Shown here piece after piece: positions 20,171 through 29,638 of a stretch of 64,000 nucleotides of DNA (position 1 is the stretch's first letter; each line of letters starts with the position of its first letter). Position numbers and translations under genes: made by a program. The stretch spans positions 2,675-66,674 of the forward strand of contig JAZSBR010000017.1 in NCBI GenBank assembly GCA_045602545.1, written 5' to 3'. The notes beneath the pieces are model-generated. The model saw only the letters and a program-made list of their open reading frames with translations, ran no database searches and was not told where the DNA came from. The DNA comes from Alphaproteobacteria bacterium. GTDB taxonomy: Bacteria > Pseudomonadota > Alphaproteobacteria > RF32 > CAG-239.

Positions 20171-21079
20171 ATGAACAAAAAGCTTGATAAATGCATTTAT
20201 TTTAATTTGGATAACAACGCTTTTCGCGGGCGCATTGTGCGCTTGAAAAATACTTTGGGTGATATTTTTAAGCGCAGGGAATATCCGGAAAATGTTTCAA
20301 TGGCGGTGGCTGAAACTTCGGTTTTAGGGACAATGTTTGCTTCTCTTTTGAAATTTAACGGCCTGTTCACGTTGCAAATTCAAGGTGACGGACCGATTTC
20401 GGTTTTGGTTTGTGATGTTACTTCCGCCGGCAAAGTTCGCGCTTGTGCAAAATATGATTTAGAAGCCATGCAAAAAGCTCAAGAGCTCCGCAAAACCCAA
20501 GGAGAACTGGAAGAAGCTCCGTTTTGGCTCGGGAAAGGTGTGCTGATTTTCACGGTTGATCAGGGAGAAGGAACTGAACTTTATCAAGGTGTTGTTGACC
20601 TCCAAGGCAAAACTTTGGCTGATTGCGCCATGCGTTATTTCAAAAATTCAGAGCAAATTGACACATATCTTAAGCTTTTTAAGCGCAAAACAAAAAACGG
20701 TTGGGAAACGGCAGGCGTTTTGTTGCAAAAAATGCCGACAAACGGCGGAAATAATGCGGCTGATGATGAAAAAATCAATGAGCTGTGGAATGAAGATAAA
20801 ATTTTGTTAAACAGCCTTAAAGATGAAGAAATTTTTTCCGACAGCTTAAGTGAAGAAGAAATTTTGTTCCGTCTTTTTCATGAGCATGAAGTGCGTGTTA
20901 TCAAAGAAAGCGAATATTTTTTCGGTTGCCGATGCAATCGCGAAAAACTGCTTAACACCTTAAGCGCGATGAGTGAAGATGACATAAACGAAATGGTTGA
21001 AAACGGCAAAATCACGGCAACATGCGGTTTTTGCGGTGAGAAATACTACTTTGAAAAAGGCGAACTGATAAAGCACTGA
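20171..21079 (+). CDS. hslO: Hsp33 redox-regulated chaperone
   Basis: C-terminal zinc centre CRC..(x27)..CGFC and typical Hsp33 length. Confidence 0.85.
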   Translation: MNKKLDKCIYFNLDNNAFRGRIVRLKNTLGDIFKRREYPENVSMAVAETSVLGTMFASLLKFNGLFTLQIQGDGPISVLVCDVTSAGKVRACAKYDLEAMQKAQELRKTQGELEEAPFWLGKGVLIFTVDQGEGTELYQGVVDLQGKTLADCAMRYFKNSEQIDTYLKLFKRKTKNGWETAGVLLQKMPTNGGNNAADDEKINELWNEDKILLNSLKDEEIFSDSLSEEEILFRLFHEHEVRVIKESEYFFGCRCNREKLLNTLSAMSEDDINEMVENGKITATCGFCGEKYYFEKGELIKH

Positions 21080-21118
21080 GATTGATATAAGTGCATGGCA
21101 ATAAGTACGGCTTAACAA

Positions 21119-21150
21119 AACGGCAACGACGCAGATTCGTTGCCGTTTTG
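21119..21150 (+). terminator. intrinsic terminator of hslO
   Basis: aacggcaacga-cgcagat-tcgttgccgtt followed by ttg/ctt. Confidence 0.6.
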
Positions 21151-21452
21151 CTTAAGTGTTACTGATAAGGTTAACTATCATCTTATAAATTATATTTTCG
21201 GATGTTCTCCATTGTCTTGATTAAATAAAGCTTTTGTTTCGGAGTTAAACGGCTGAAATTATATAACAATTTCCACATAAGCATTGGCGAAAATCTGGTT
21301 ATTTTTTGGCTCTGTTCTTTTGTTTTAAGTTTCTTGATATTCTTGATTTGCTTCATATTTTTATCCTTCACATGTATTTTGTTGTTAATTTTGTTTTATT
21401 TTATGAAATATCGTTCATGGATAAACAATATATTTCAAGGTATAACGATAAC

Positions 21453-21800
21453 ATGAAAAATGATGTAAGAAAATATTTGGGCTTAAAAGTTCGCGCCATG
21501 AGGGAGTCCGCCAACATGACACAAGAGGAATTGGCTGTGATTTGTGATGTCAGTTGGCGAACTATTTCCAATTTGGAAAGAGGAACGGTGGTTCCCGATT
21601 TGTTTATGGTTTATCGCATAGCTCAAAAGTTTAATGTCAGAATAGATGAGTTGCTTGACCATCAAATCACTAACCAAAAAAGTTTATCTCGATTAAAAAA
21701 AGAAAATATGATTATTGAAAAAATCAAACAAATTGATGATAATGTTCTTGATTATGTTGATGAACAACTTTGTCTGCTTCTTAAGCATTTTAATCATTGA
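21453..21800 (+). CDS. XRE-family HTH transcriptional regulator
   Basis: LGLKVRAMRESANMTQEELAVICDVSWRTISNLERG is a Cro/C1-type HTH. Start placed at the internal ATG 21453; the upstream part of the track ORF is F/L-rich junk. Confidence 0.75.
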   Translation: MKNDVRKYLGLKVRAMRESANMTQEELAVICDVSWRTISNLERGTVVPDLFMVYRIAQKFNVRIDELLDHQITNQKSLSRLKKENMIIEKIKQIDDNVLDYVDEQLCLLLKHFNH

Positions 21801-22098
21801 TGAGTGTGTAATCCTTTTGCTATTTCATTTTCAAAACATTTTTGCGCGAGCTGTATAAAGTAAAGGCTGTCATTAAACGAACAATGCTTCATTGTTTTTT
21901 CCAAGCTCTTTAATTGAAAATGTATTTGATTAACCAATTGGCAATATTCTTCCGAATTGTTATTGTTGGATTTAGTTGTTTTGGTAGTTCTCATTTAGTT
22001 ATCCTCATAAATTTAGGTTGAACATATTATTTTCTTGTGTAATATTTATTTCATATATATAAGTTTGAGAAGAAACTAATTTCATATAGGTATCTAAA

Positions 22099-22977
22099 AT
22101 GGGGATTAAGAATAATTTTATCTGGGCAAGAGAGATTTTAAGCTTTTTGGAAACCGCCAGAAACGGAACAATTAACGGCACGGCCGAAACCAACGGTATG
22201 AAACAATCTAATCTTTCAAAAACGCTGAAAAGTTTGGAAGACAAGCTTCAATGCCAATTATTGGAAAGAAATTATAACGGCGTTAAACTTACGGAAAACG
22301 GTAAGGAAATTTTCAAAGTAGCTTGCGATATTGATAAAGTTTTATACAAAGTTCAAAATTTTACCGCTTCGGATGCAAATGTTTCCGGCAAGATAAGATT
22401 GTGGACCAGTGACGGTTTGGCAACAGGTTATCTTTCAAGCTGTTTAGCCGGTTTTTTTGCTAAATATCCTGACATAGAAACAGATATTGAGTGTTCGCTT
22501 GAGCGTCCCGGTTTTTCTGCCGTAGATATGGCTGTTGTTTATGATGAGCCGGAGTATAATGACAGTGAAATTGTTTCACGCTATGAGTTAAAGTTCGGAT
22601 TATTTGCCTCGTTAGGATATCTTTCCAAATATGGGGCGCCCAAAGATATCAAAGACTTACAAAAAAATCATCGCCTTTGCAACAGAAATAACTTTTCGGA
22701 CGTATGGCCGGAATGGAAACAAATTATTGACGGTGCCGAACATGTTGTGGCAACAACCAACTCTTCAGCAATGCTCTTAAGAATGACGTGTGACGGAATC
22801 GGTATTGCTCTTCATCCTATTGCAATTGGGAAAAAAGAAAAAGATTTGATGCATTTATCTGATGTTGGTATTAAGCTCAGTCATCCGTTTTGGATTGTTT
22901 CACATAAAACCGGGCAAAATGATCCTAAAATCAAGGCTCTTGTTGAGCATATAAAGGAAGTAACTTTGCAACTGTAA
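22099..22977 (+). CDS. LysR-family transcriptional regulator
   Basis: N-terminal wHTH (FLETARNGTINGTAETNGMKQSNLSKTLKSLEDKL) plus a full-length effector domain. Confidence 0.8.
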   Translation: MGIKNNFIWAREILSFLETARNGTINGTAETNGMKQSNLSKTLKSLEDKLQCQLLERNYNGVKLTENGKEIFKVACDIDKVLYKVQNFTASDANVSGKIRLWTSDGLATGYLSSCLAGFFAKYPDIETDIECSLERPGFSAVDMAVVYDEPEYNDSEIVSRYELKFGLFASLGYLSKYGAPKDIKDLQKNHRLCNRNNFSDVWPEWKQIIDGAEHVVATTNSSAMLLRMTCDGIGIALHPIAIGKKEKDLMHLSDVGIKLSHPFWIVSHKTGQNDPKIKALVEHIKEVTLQL

Positions 22978-23512
22978 AATCAAAAAAATCAAGTGCTTTG
23001 GGATTGTTTTCATTGCAAGATATCCATATTTTTTGTTTTAAGGTATTTCCGATATAAAATTCCGCATATTTTTCCAAAGGGTCTAGCGGAGGATCATTGC
23101 TGATTTTGATATCCGCCATAATATCTTTCTCAACAAAGTTCAATTTAATGTTCGGGTGGCTTTGTTCAAATTCCGAGCAATCGCTAAATTCCATGTTAGG
23201 GCTGATATATATGTTCAGCACCTTGTTATTAGAATTTGCATTTGTCTGCCGATTGCTTATTTTTTGTATATGCTCCTTTAATTCTGAGGCGAGTTCGGCA
23301 ATTTTAAGCCCATCATCAGTAGGTATACATCCTTGCGAAGAGCGCTTAAAAAGTTTGGTCCCGATTTCTTTTTCAAAATTATTGATAATAAGGCTTAAAT
23401 TCGAGGCTTTTATACTATTTTCTTCTGCGGCTTTGTTAATTGATTTACAGCGGATAATTTCCTGAACATAAAGGATAGCCCTAATCAATAAGGTATAGTT
23501 TTTTATATTCAT
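22931..23512 (-). CDS. short LysR-like regulator (truncated effector domain)
   Basis: wHTH (IIRCKSINKAAEENSIKASNLSLIINNFEKEIGTKLFKR) but only 193 aa. Its 3' end overlaps the convergent LysR gene by 47 nt. Confidence 0.6.
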   Translation of the reverse strand: MNIKNYTLLIRAILYVQEIIRCKSINKAAEENSIKASNLSLIINNFEKEIGTKLFKRSSQGCIPTDDGLKIAELASELKEHIQKISNRQTNANSNNKVLNIYISPNMEFSDCSEFEQSHPNIKLNFVEKDIMADIKISNDPPLDPLEKYAEFYIGNTLKQKIWISCNENNPKALDFFDFTVAKLLPLYAQQEP

Positions 23513-23607
23513 TTTAAAAAATCTCCTTTAGTTATGCCCCAAAATATATAACCAATTTATTAAAGTAGTATATTCAAAAGTTTATTTTGTCAACCCTATA
23601 ATATGTT

Positions 23608-24219
23608 ATGCTTACCGATTATGACATAAAGGTTGATTTAGTAACCTCCGAAGAATTGTTTAAGGCAGCCATGGCTGTCAGAAGACAGGTTTTTGTAAAA
23701 GAGCAAAGTATTCCGAAAAGAAAAGAGTTTGACGGAAATGATTTTTGCTCTGCTCATGTCGTGGCATATATTCAAAAACGTCATCGTAAGTTGCCGATTG
23801 GCACAATGCGTATTCGTTTCTTTGGAGATTGTGTGAAATTTGAACGAATAGCTGTTACCAAAAATTTCCGTAAGACAAAGGTTGCCGAAGATATTATGCA
23901 ATATGGATTTAATTATTCAGCTTTAAAAGGCTTTAGTGCTGTTTGCGGAATGTGTAAGAAAGAGTTATTGCCTCGTTGGAAAAGATGTGGCTATTATGAA
24001 ATTAAAGGTGCAAAGCACGCGCATATTAATGGAATGGAATTAATCCCTATTTGCCGAGATTTAAAGCCAGACCCTAGAGCTTTATCAATGATATCTGATT
24101 TTCATCTGCTATCAGCAAAAGAAGGGCATTGGTATGATGCCCCTCAAAAAGAATATAATTTATCTAAAATTGACAAATTGATGATGAAACTCAGACAATT
24201 CAAAAGAGAATATTTTTGA
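23608..24219 (+). CDS. GNAT-family N-acetyltransferase-like protein
   Basis: AVRRQVFVKEQSIP..E.D pattern typical of the YjcF-like GNAT N-terminus. Confidence 0.55.
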   Translation: MLTDYDIKVDLVTSEELFKAAMAVRRQVFVKEQSIPKRKEFDGNDFCSAHVVAYIQKRHRKLPIGTMRIRFFGDCVKFERIAVTKNFRKTKVAEDIMQYGFNYSALKGFSAVCGMCKKELLPRWKRCGYYEIKGAKHAHINGMELIPICRDLKPDPRALSMISDFHLLSAKEGHWYDAPQKEYNLSKIDKLMMKLRQFKREYF

Positions 24220-24235
24220 TTACTGAAATTTTAGG

Positions 24236-25090
24236 TTATTTCAAAGTCAGTTTCTTTTTATCTTCTTTTTTATGTAAAATTTCCAAATCGCGGTCAATGC
24301 CGATTTTTATCAAAACCGTTTTGATTACGGCATCAAGCTCTTTTCCTTCACGATAATCGGCCGGAAGCGCAAAATTAACGCGCTTATCTTTCAAAAGCTT
24401 AACGGCTTTTTCTTTCATATGCGAATGCGGTTTATAAACAGCAATCGCCGTTCCGTTATGACTTCTGACCATTTTCATTGAAGGAATATCTGTCAGACCG
24501 TCGCCGAAATATACAATGCGGGAATAAGGAATGCGCCTTTTATCATCGGGAATATATTCATTAACCGCCTTGTCTTCAAATTTGCCCAATCCCTTGTTGA
24601 TTTTTGATAAGTATTGTACCTTGCCGGAATAATTCACCACGCGCGCCGGCCATACGGGAAGTCCGTCTTTACCATAAGCAAAGGCACAGCCGTAGACATC
24701 CTTAAAATGTTTTCTGATTGAGCAACCTTCAATAATTTCTTCATAGCCGGAGGAAATGATATAGTGTTCAATATCCAAGTCCAAATATTGTCCGAATTTT
24801 TTAATGCGTTCAAACCACTCTTCAACGCCCTTGAAAAAGACCACAAACTCACCGCAATAACGCAAGTTTTCTTTTGTTAATTTAATGTGCTTTTTTTCAG
24901 CCATCATTTTGAAATAATACATGCTTCCGGTGACCTGATCAACACCGTTTTTAACCGACCATTCATTAGCTTCTTTCCAAAAATCGGCAGGTTTCATCCC
25001 GAGTTCCGGAATGAGAAAATAGTCCTGCATATAGGTCGTACTCAAAGTTTCATCAAAATCATAAACAAAAGCAACTTTAGTTCTGCTCAT
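24236..25090 (-). CDS. HAD-superfamily hydrolase
   Basis: Motif I FVYDFDETL and motif IV-like YFGDGLTDIP. Confidence 0.7.
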   Translation of the reverse strand: MSRTKVAFVYDFDETLSTTYMQDYFLIPELGMKPADFWKEANEWSVKNGVDQVTGSMYYFKMMAEKKHIKLTKENLRYCGEFVVFFKGVEEWFERIKKFGQYLDLDIEHYIISSGYEEIIEGCSIRKHFKDVYGCAFAYGKDGLPVWPARVVNYSGKVQYLSKINKGLGKFEDKAVNEYIPDDKRRIPYSRIVYFGDGLTDIPSMKMVRSHNGTAIAVYKPHSHMKEKAVKLLKDKRVNFALPADYREGKELDAVIKTVLIKIGIDRDLEILHKKEDKKKLTLK

Positions 25091-25179
25091 TTTTTAATTC
25101 CCTCTTGCATTTTAAGAAGTTGTAGTATAAAACCGAAGTTATTAAAATTTAATCAATATTTTTAAATAAGGAATAAAAT

Positions 25180-26538
25180 ATGTCAGCAACTTCTATGGAA
25201 CAATTGGTTTCTTTATGCAAACGCAGGGGATTCATCTTTCAAAACGCCGATATTTACGGCGGTATGCAAGGTGTTTATGATTATGGTCCGCTCGGAGTGG
25301 AATTGAAAAACAACCTCAAGGCCGCTTGGTGGCGCGCCATGGTATATGAACGTGATGATGTTGAAGGGCTTGATTCTGCTATTTTAACAAACCGCAAAGT
25401 TTTGAAATATTCCGGCCATGAAGACACCTTTTCTGATCCGATGGTTGATTGCAAAAAGTGCAAAGGTCGTTTCAGAGCCGACCAAATCGGCGGAAAATGC
25501 CCGAATTGCGGTTCAACTGATTTAACCGAACCGCGACCATTTAATTTGATGTTTAAAACGCAAGTCGGACCGGTTGAAAATGATGAAAATATTGCATATT
25601 TGCGTCCGGAAACGGCTCAGGCTATTTTTACGCAATTTAAGAATGTTGTTGATTCCACCTCGCGCAAGTTGCCGTTCGGTATTGCGCAAATCGGAAAATC
25701 TTTCCGAAATGAAATCACTCCGCGCAACTTTATTTTCCGCGTGCGTGAGTTTGAACAGGCTGAACTTGAGTATTTTGTTGCTCCCGGAAGTGATGTTGAG
25801 TGGCATGAAAAATGGAAAAATGCTCGTGTTGAATGGTGGTTGCAACAAGGCTTGAAAATGGAAAACATCAATATATATAAAACACCGGACGATGATTTGG
25901 CGCACTATGCGAAGGCTTGCTATGATATTGAATATAAGTTTCCGCATGGCATGGAAGAATTGGAAGGAATTGCCAATCGCCGTGATTATGACTTGGGTAA
26001 CCACACAAAAAATCAAAGCGAGTTTGAGTTGGAAGCGCATTGTCATGAAAATCCGGATTCTACTACAAAATTGGCGATTCAAAACGAAAACGGCAAGTGG
26101 ATTATTCCGTTTGTGGTTGAGCCTTCAATGGGCGTTGATCGAGGAGTTTTGGCAGTTTTGACCGAAGCTTATACCGAGGAAGATTTAGGCGAAGGCAATT
26201 CGCGTATTGTTTTGAAATTAAAGAAACATCTGGCGCCGATTAAGGTGGCGATTATTCCGCTTAAAAAGAACAATGAGCAGATTATGAATAAGTGCCATGA
26301 ATTGAAGGCAAAATTGATGAAGCTCGGTATCGGTCGTGTGGCTTTGGAAAACACCGGCAACATCGGTAAAGCTTATCGTCGTCATGATGAAGTCGGCACT
26401 CCGCTTTGTTTGACCGTGGATTTTGAAACCATTGAACAACAACCTGAAAGCGTGACCTTGCGTGATCGTGATACTATGGAGCAAATCCGCGTGAATACTG
26501 CAGATTTAGCCGAATATTTGAGAAATTACTTTTTATAA
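25180..26538 (+). CDS. glyQS: glycyl-tRNA synthetase (alpha2 homodimeric type)
   Basis: 452 aa. [26 protein letters not shown] and class II motifs. Confidence 0.9.
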   Translation: MSATSMEQLVSLCKRRGFIFQNADIYGGMQGVYDYGPLGVELKNNLKAAWWRAMVYERDDVEGLDSAILTNRKVLKYSGHEDTFSDPMVDCKKCKGRFRADQIGGKCPNCGSTDLTEPRPFNLMFKTQVGPVENDENIAYLRPETAQAIFTQFKNVVDSTSRKLPFGIAQIGKSFRNEITPRNFIFRVREFEQAELEYFVAPGSDVEWHEKWKNARVEWWLQQGLKMENINIYKTPDDDLAHYAKACYDIEYKFPHGMEELEGIANRRDYDLGNHTKNQSEFELEAHCHENPDSTTKLAIQNENGKWIIPFVVEPSMGVDRGVLAVLTEAYTEEDLGEGNSRIVLKLKKHLAPIKVAIIPLKKNNEQIMNKCHELKAKLMKLGIGRVALENTGNIGKAYRRHDEVGTPLCLTVDFETIEQQPESVTLRDRDTMEQIRVNTADLAEYLRNYFL

Positions 26539-26550
26539 AAAGGAAGAAGA

Positions 26551-27756
26551 ATGTATAACGTTCGCAAAATTACCGAGGACTTATTTTGGATAGGTGCCAG
26601 CGATCGCCGATTGGCTTTGTTTGAAAATGTTTATCCGATTCCGATGGGTGTTTCGTATAACTCCTATGTTTTGAAAGATGAACAAACTGTGTTGCTTGAT
26701 ACGGTTGACAGCGCCGTTGCCGAACAGTTTTTTGCCAATCTGAAACATATTTTGGGCGATAAGAAGCTGGATTATCTGGTGGTTAATCATATGGAGCCGG
26801 ATCATTGCTCGCAAATTGCGCGCGTTATGGATATGTATCCTAGTGCGAAAATTGTTTGCACGGCTAAAACCAAACAGATGATTGCCCAGTTTTTCGGCAT
26901 TTCTGCCGGCGATGAGCAATTTGTTTTGGTTAAAGACGGCGATGTTTTGAAAACCGGAAAACACGAGTTTGCCTTTGTTTCGGCGCCGATGGTGCATTGG
27001 CCGGAAGTTATGGTGACCTTTGATAAAACCGACGGAATTTTGTTTTCTGCCGATGCTTTCGGAACTTTCGGTGCGATAAACGGCAATATTTTCGCTGATG
27101 AAGTTGATTTTGAGCGCGATTATTTGAACGAGGCGCGTCGCTATTATGCCAACATTGTCGGAAAATACGGCCCGCAGGTGCTTTCTCTTTTGAAAAAAGC
27201 TTCCGCGCTTGAAATAAAGATGATTTGCCCGCTTCACGGGTTTATTTGGCGCAAAAATATCGCTTATTTGGTGGAAAAATATGCCAAATGGGCTGAGTAT
27301 GTTCCGGAAGAAAAGGGCGTTGTTATTGCTTATGGTTCAATTTACGGCAACACGGAAAATGCTTGTGAAATTTTGGCGGCAAAGTTGGCTGAAAAAGGCG
27401 TGAAAAATATCAAAATGTATGATGTCTCGGTTACGCACGGCTCATATATCATCGGCGAGGCTTTTCGCGCTTCGCATCTCGTTTTTGCCGCACCGACCTA
27501 TAATGCCGGAATTTTCATCAATATGGAAAATTTGCTTCGTGATATAACGGCGCACAATTTGCAAAACCGCACGATTGCGCTGATGGATAACGGCTCGTGG
27601 GCAGCCACTTGCAACAAGCAGATGAAAGAGGAATTGCAAAAGCTGAAAAATATTGAGTTTTTGGAGCCGGAAATTTCCTTGAAATCAGCATTGAGCGAAG
27701 GACAATTGTTACAAATTGATGAGTTGGCAACAAAAATCGCCGATTCTTTGCGCTAA
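26551..27756 (+). CDS. fprA: flavodiiron protein (metallo-beta-lactamase + flavodoxin domains)
   Basis: HMEPDH di-iron motif and C-terminal flavodoxin-like (VVIAYGSIYGNTE). Confidence 0.85.
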   Translation: MYNVRKITEDLFWIGASDRRLALFENVYPIPMGVSYNSYVLKDEQTVLLDTVDSAVAEQFFANLKHILGDKKLDYLVVNHMEPDHCSQIARVMDMYPSAKIVCTAKTKQMIAQFFGISAGDEQFVLVKDGDVLKTGKHEFAFVSAPMVHWPEVMVTFDKTDGILFSADAFGTFGAINGNIFADEVDFERDYLNEARRYYANIVGKYGPQVLSLLKKASALEIKMICPLHGFIWRKNIAYLVEKYAKWAEYVPEEKGVVIAYGSIYGNTENACEILAAKLAEKGVKNIKMYDVSVTHGSYIIGEAFRASHLVFAAPTYNAGIFINMENLLRDITAHNLQNRTIALMDNGSWAATCNKQMKEELQKLKNIEFLEPEISLKSALSEGQLLQIDELATKIADSLR

Positions 27757-27783
27757 GCCTATAAATCAGAGAAAAATATTTGC

Positions 27784-27818
27784 ATATCCGCCTTTTGAAT
27801 GAGACGGATATTTTTTTC
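27784..27818 (+). terminator. intrinsic terminator of fprA
   Basis: atatccg..cggatat stem followed by a T7 run. Confidence 0.7.
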
Positions 27819-28014
27819 TTTACAAAACGGAAATTTTCTGCTAGCATTTTGATTGGGCATAAAAGGCTCGGAGGTCGATAAGCCTCAGGTACAGTATTAT
27901 ACTTCTGACTAATATGGTCGGAAGGTGGCAGAATAAAAACACTAGTGTTGTAATATGTCACACTATTTACTGTATCATAGTTTATCGCTTCCGACCGCTC
28001 GTTGAGCGGTTTTA
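27819..28014 (+). promoter_or_regulatory. family promoter + structured leader RNA + terminator, copy 3 (short subtype)
   Basis: -35 TTTACA (27819-27824), 17 nt, -10 TAGCAT (27842-27847). RNA from about 27855 (GGGCAUAAAAGGCUCGGAGG). Terminator ccgctc/gagcgg plus U-run at 27995-28014. Confidence 0.75.
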
Positions 28015-28048
28015 AATTTTAAAAATTAAAATTTAACGGAGGACTAAA

Positions 28049-28738
28049 ATGATAAAAAATGAAAAAGGACGCTCTATGGTGGAAATGCTGGGAGTATTGG
28101 CAATAATTGGTGTTTTAAGCGTTGGTGGAATCGCCGGTTATTCAAAGGCGATGATGCAATTTAAAATCAATAAAACCATCAACCAAATTATGTACACGGC
28201 TGCGGAAATCAGAACATTATTTGCCGGACAGCCGTATTGTGATGAAAAGGGGAACAATTATTGGGACAATCAACATATATCAAGTATAACAAGTAATATT
28301 TTTAAATGCGATGATGATCGTTGGCATAATTGCTATAATGAATGGGGTGAAACGGTTTATATATATTCTGAGTGTGTAAGATCAAGATATGAACAATTTG
28401 GCTATTATAACAAATCAGAATTATTCAGAATTTATACAAATATTCCATATGAGGCTTGTGTAAAATTTTATTCAACAGATTGGGGAACACGTGCAACAAC
28501 CGGAGTTTTTGCTATTAATATGGATGATTCATGTTCAGTATATGAATTTGGTTGCGCATATCAGAGTGATTATAAAGAAATGCATGAAACAGAAGCTTCA
28601 ACTTGGGCAAAAGATGTAGCGCAAGAAATGGGTATTCCAGCGGAATATACTATTCCGATGTCTGTTGCTGATGCAGTACAATTTTGTAAACAATATGAAG
28701 GTGATGACTTTGTGGGTTTTGCCATCTTTTTTGAATAA
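28049..28738 (+). CDS. prepilin-type (class III signal) N-terminal domain protein
   Basis: MIKNEKG|RSMVEMLGVLAIIGVLSVGGIAGY: Gly, Glu at +5, and a hydrophobic helix of about 20 aa. SD GGAGG lies 7 nt before the ATG. Preceded by leader copy 3. Confidence 0.75.
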   Translation: MIKNEKGRSMVEMLGVLAIIGVLSVGGIAGYSKAMMQFKINKTINQIMYTAAEIRTLFAGQPYCDEKGNNYWDNQHISSITSNIFKCDDDRWHNCYNEWGETVYIYSECVRSRYEQFGYYNKSELFRIYTNIPYEACVKFYSTDWGTRATTGVFAINMDDSCSVYEFGCAYQSDYKEMHETEASTWAKDVAQEMGIPAEYTIPMSVADAVQFCKQYEGDDFVGFAIFFE

Positions 28739-28793
28739 AATGAGTTATTATTTTAAAATAACATTATAGCATTAAAAACGTGGTAGTTAAATC

Positions 28794-28910
28794 ACAAATC
28801 CTTATTCCGGCGCAGGAGAATATATAAGGCGCCGGTGCCGCCGAGTTTGGCACTAGGGTTCTTATAAATCAAAATAGCCGCGCGCAGGTGTGGCAAATTC
28901 AGCCATTGCG
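28794..28910 (-). pseudogene. duplicated 3' fragment of smr
   Basis: About 97% identical to 29641-29757 (3 mismatches seen). Ends abruptly at the junction with the fprA fragment. Confidence 0.85.
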
Positions 28911-29084
28911 CTGATGGATAACGGCTCGTGGGCAGCCACTTGCAACAAGCAGATGAAAGAGGAATTGTAAAAGCTGAAAAATATTGAATTTCTAGAGCCG
29001 GAAATTTCCTTAAAATCAGCGTTGAACGAAGGACAAATATCTCAATTGGAAGAATTGGCTGAAAAAATAGCAAGAAATATATAA
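28905..29084 (+). pseudogene. duplicated 3' fragment of fprA with in-frame stop
   Basis: The first ~100 nt are almost identical to 27574 onward. CAA>TAA at 28968-28970. The 3' tail is diverged but still protein-like (..LKSALNEGQISQLEELAEKIARNI*). Confidence 0.85.
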
Positions 29085-29156
29085 AAACTTAAAAGACAAA
29101 AACTCCGCCGGCTTTTACACCGATGGAGTCAATGGATTAACAATTAAAAACTGTTA

Positions 29157-29567
29157 TTATCTTCCGGAATTAAGAATTCCTTTGCATTGAGCAACAGTCT
29201 TTACAGGAGTGTCACCACTTTCGGAGATAGCCATATCATCTTTACCTGTAAATTTCTGTTCTTTCCAAGTGAAGTTGTGCTCATCAGGAGCCTTCTTCTG
29301 AACATTATTAACTGTTTCCTCAACTTTAGCTGCTTCCGGAGTCGGAGTATGTTTTTCAAAAAATTCGGCTTCTGTACGGTTATTAGCAACAATCTTTTTA
29401 GGAGTTTCACCACTATCGGAAGCAACAGAATTATCCTTACCTGTAAATTTCTGTTCTTTCCAAATAAATTCGGCTTCTGTACGGTTAGTATCAACTCTCT
29501 CTTGTGCTTTTAAAATCCTTTTTACTGCTATATTAATCATTACTGGTTTATCATTTTTTTCAGTCAT
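29157..29567 (-). CDS. small protein with internal tandem duplication, unknown function
   Basis: SD GAGAGGAG lies 8 nt before ATG 29567. Repeated NRTEAEF and WKEQKFTGKD..S(D/E)SG(E/D)TP(K/V)K units, with about 75 nt of DNA repeated. Confidence 0.6.
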   Translation of the reverse strand: MTEKNDKPVMINIAVKRILKAQERVDTNRTEAEFIWKEQKFTGKDNSVASDSGETPKKIVANNRTEAEFFEKHTPTPEAAKVEETVNNVQKKAPDEHNFTWKEQKFTGKDDMAISESGDTPVKTVAQCKGILNSGR

Positions 29568-29604
29568 GGACTTTTCTCCTCTCAAGTTTTTCATTATACC
29601 ATTC

Positions 29605-29633
29605 ATTTTAACAAAGATATTTTAATTTGTCAA
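29605..29633 (-). promoter_or_regulatory. sigma70-type promoter for the 136-aa repeat protein
   Basis: TTGACA (29628-29633), 17 nt, TAAAAT (29605-29610), read on the minus strand. Confidence 0.55.
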
Positions 29634-29638
29634 GTTTT

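Noticed and set aside
21183-21371. 62-aa ORF with an LTPKQK motif (HTH-like), and the 66-aa ORF at 21794-21994
   Set aside because: They are too short, have no convincing SD, and the motif is truncated before a complete HTH. The evidence is insufficient to call them genes.
26581-27237. 218-aa minus-strand ORF; likewise 25522-26082, 2011-2427, 36737-37108, 42285-43052 and the many plus-strand ORFs inside 55566-61691
   Set aside because: All are shadow ORFs antisense to confidently identified genes (fprA, glyQS, the ankyrin gene, the islet gene, gyrA, the autotransporter).
27518-27961. 147-aa minus-strand ORF; also 28792-29073 and 19474-19767
   Set aside because: They overlap the fprA 3' end plus leader copy 3, the smr'/fprA' pseudogene junction, and recX plus the leader copy 2 promoter. 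These are chimeric reading-frame artefacts of the repeats.
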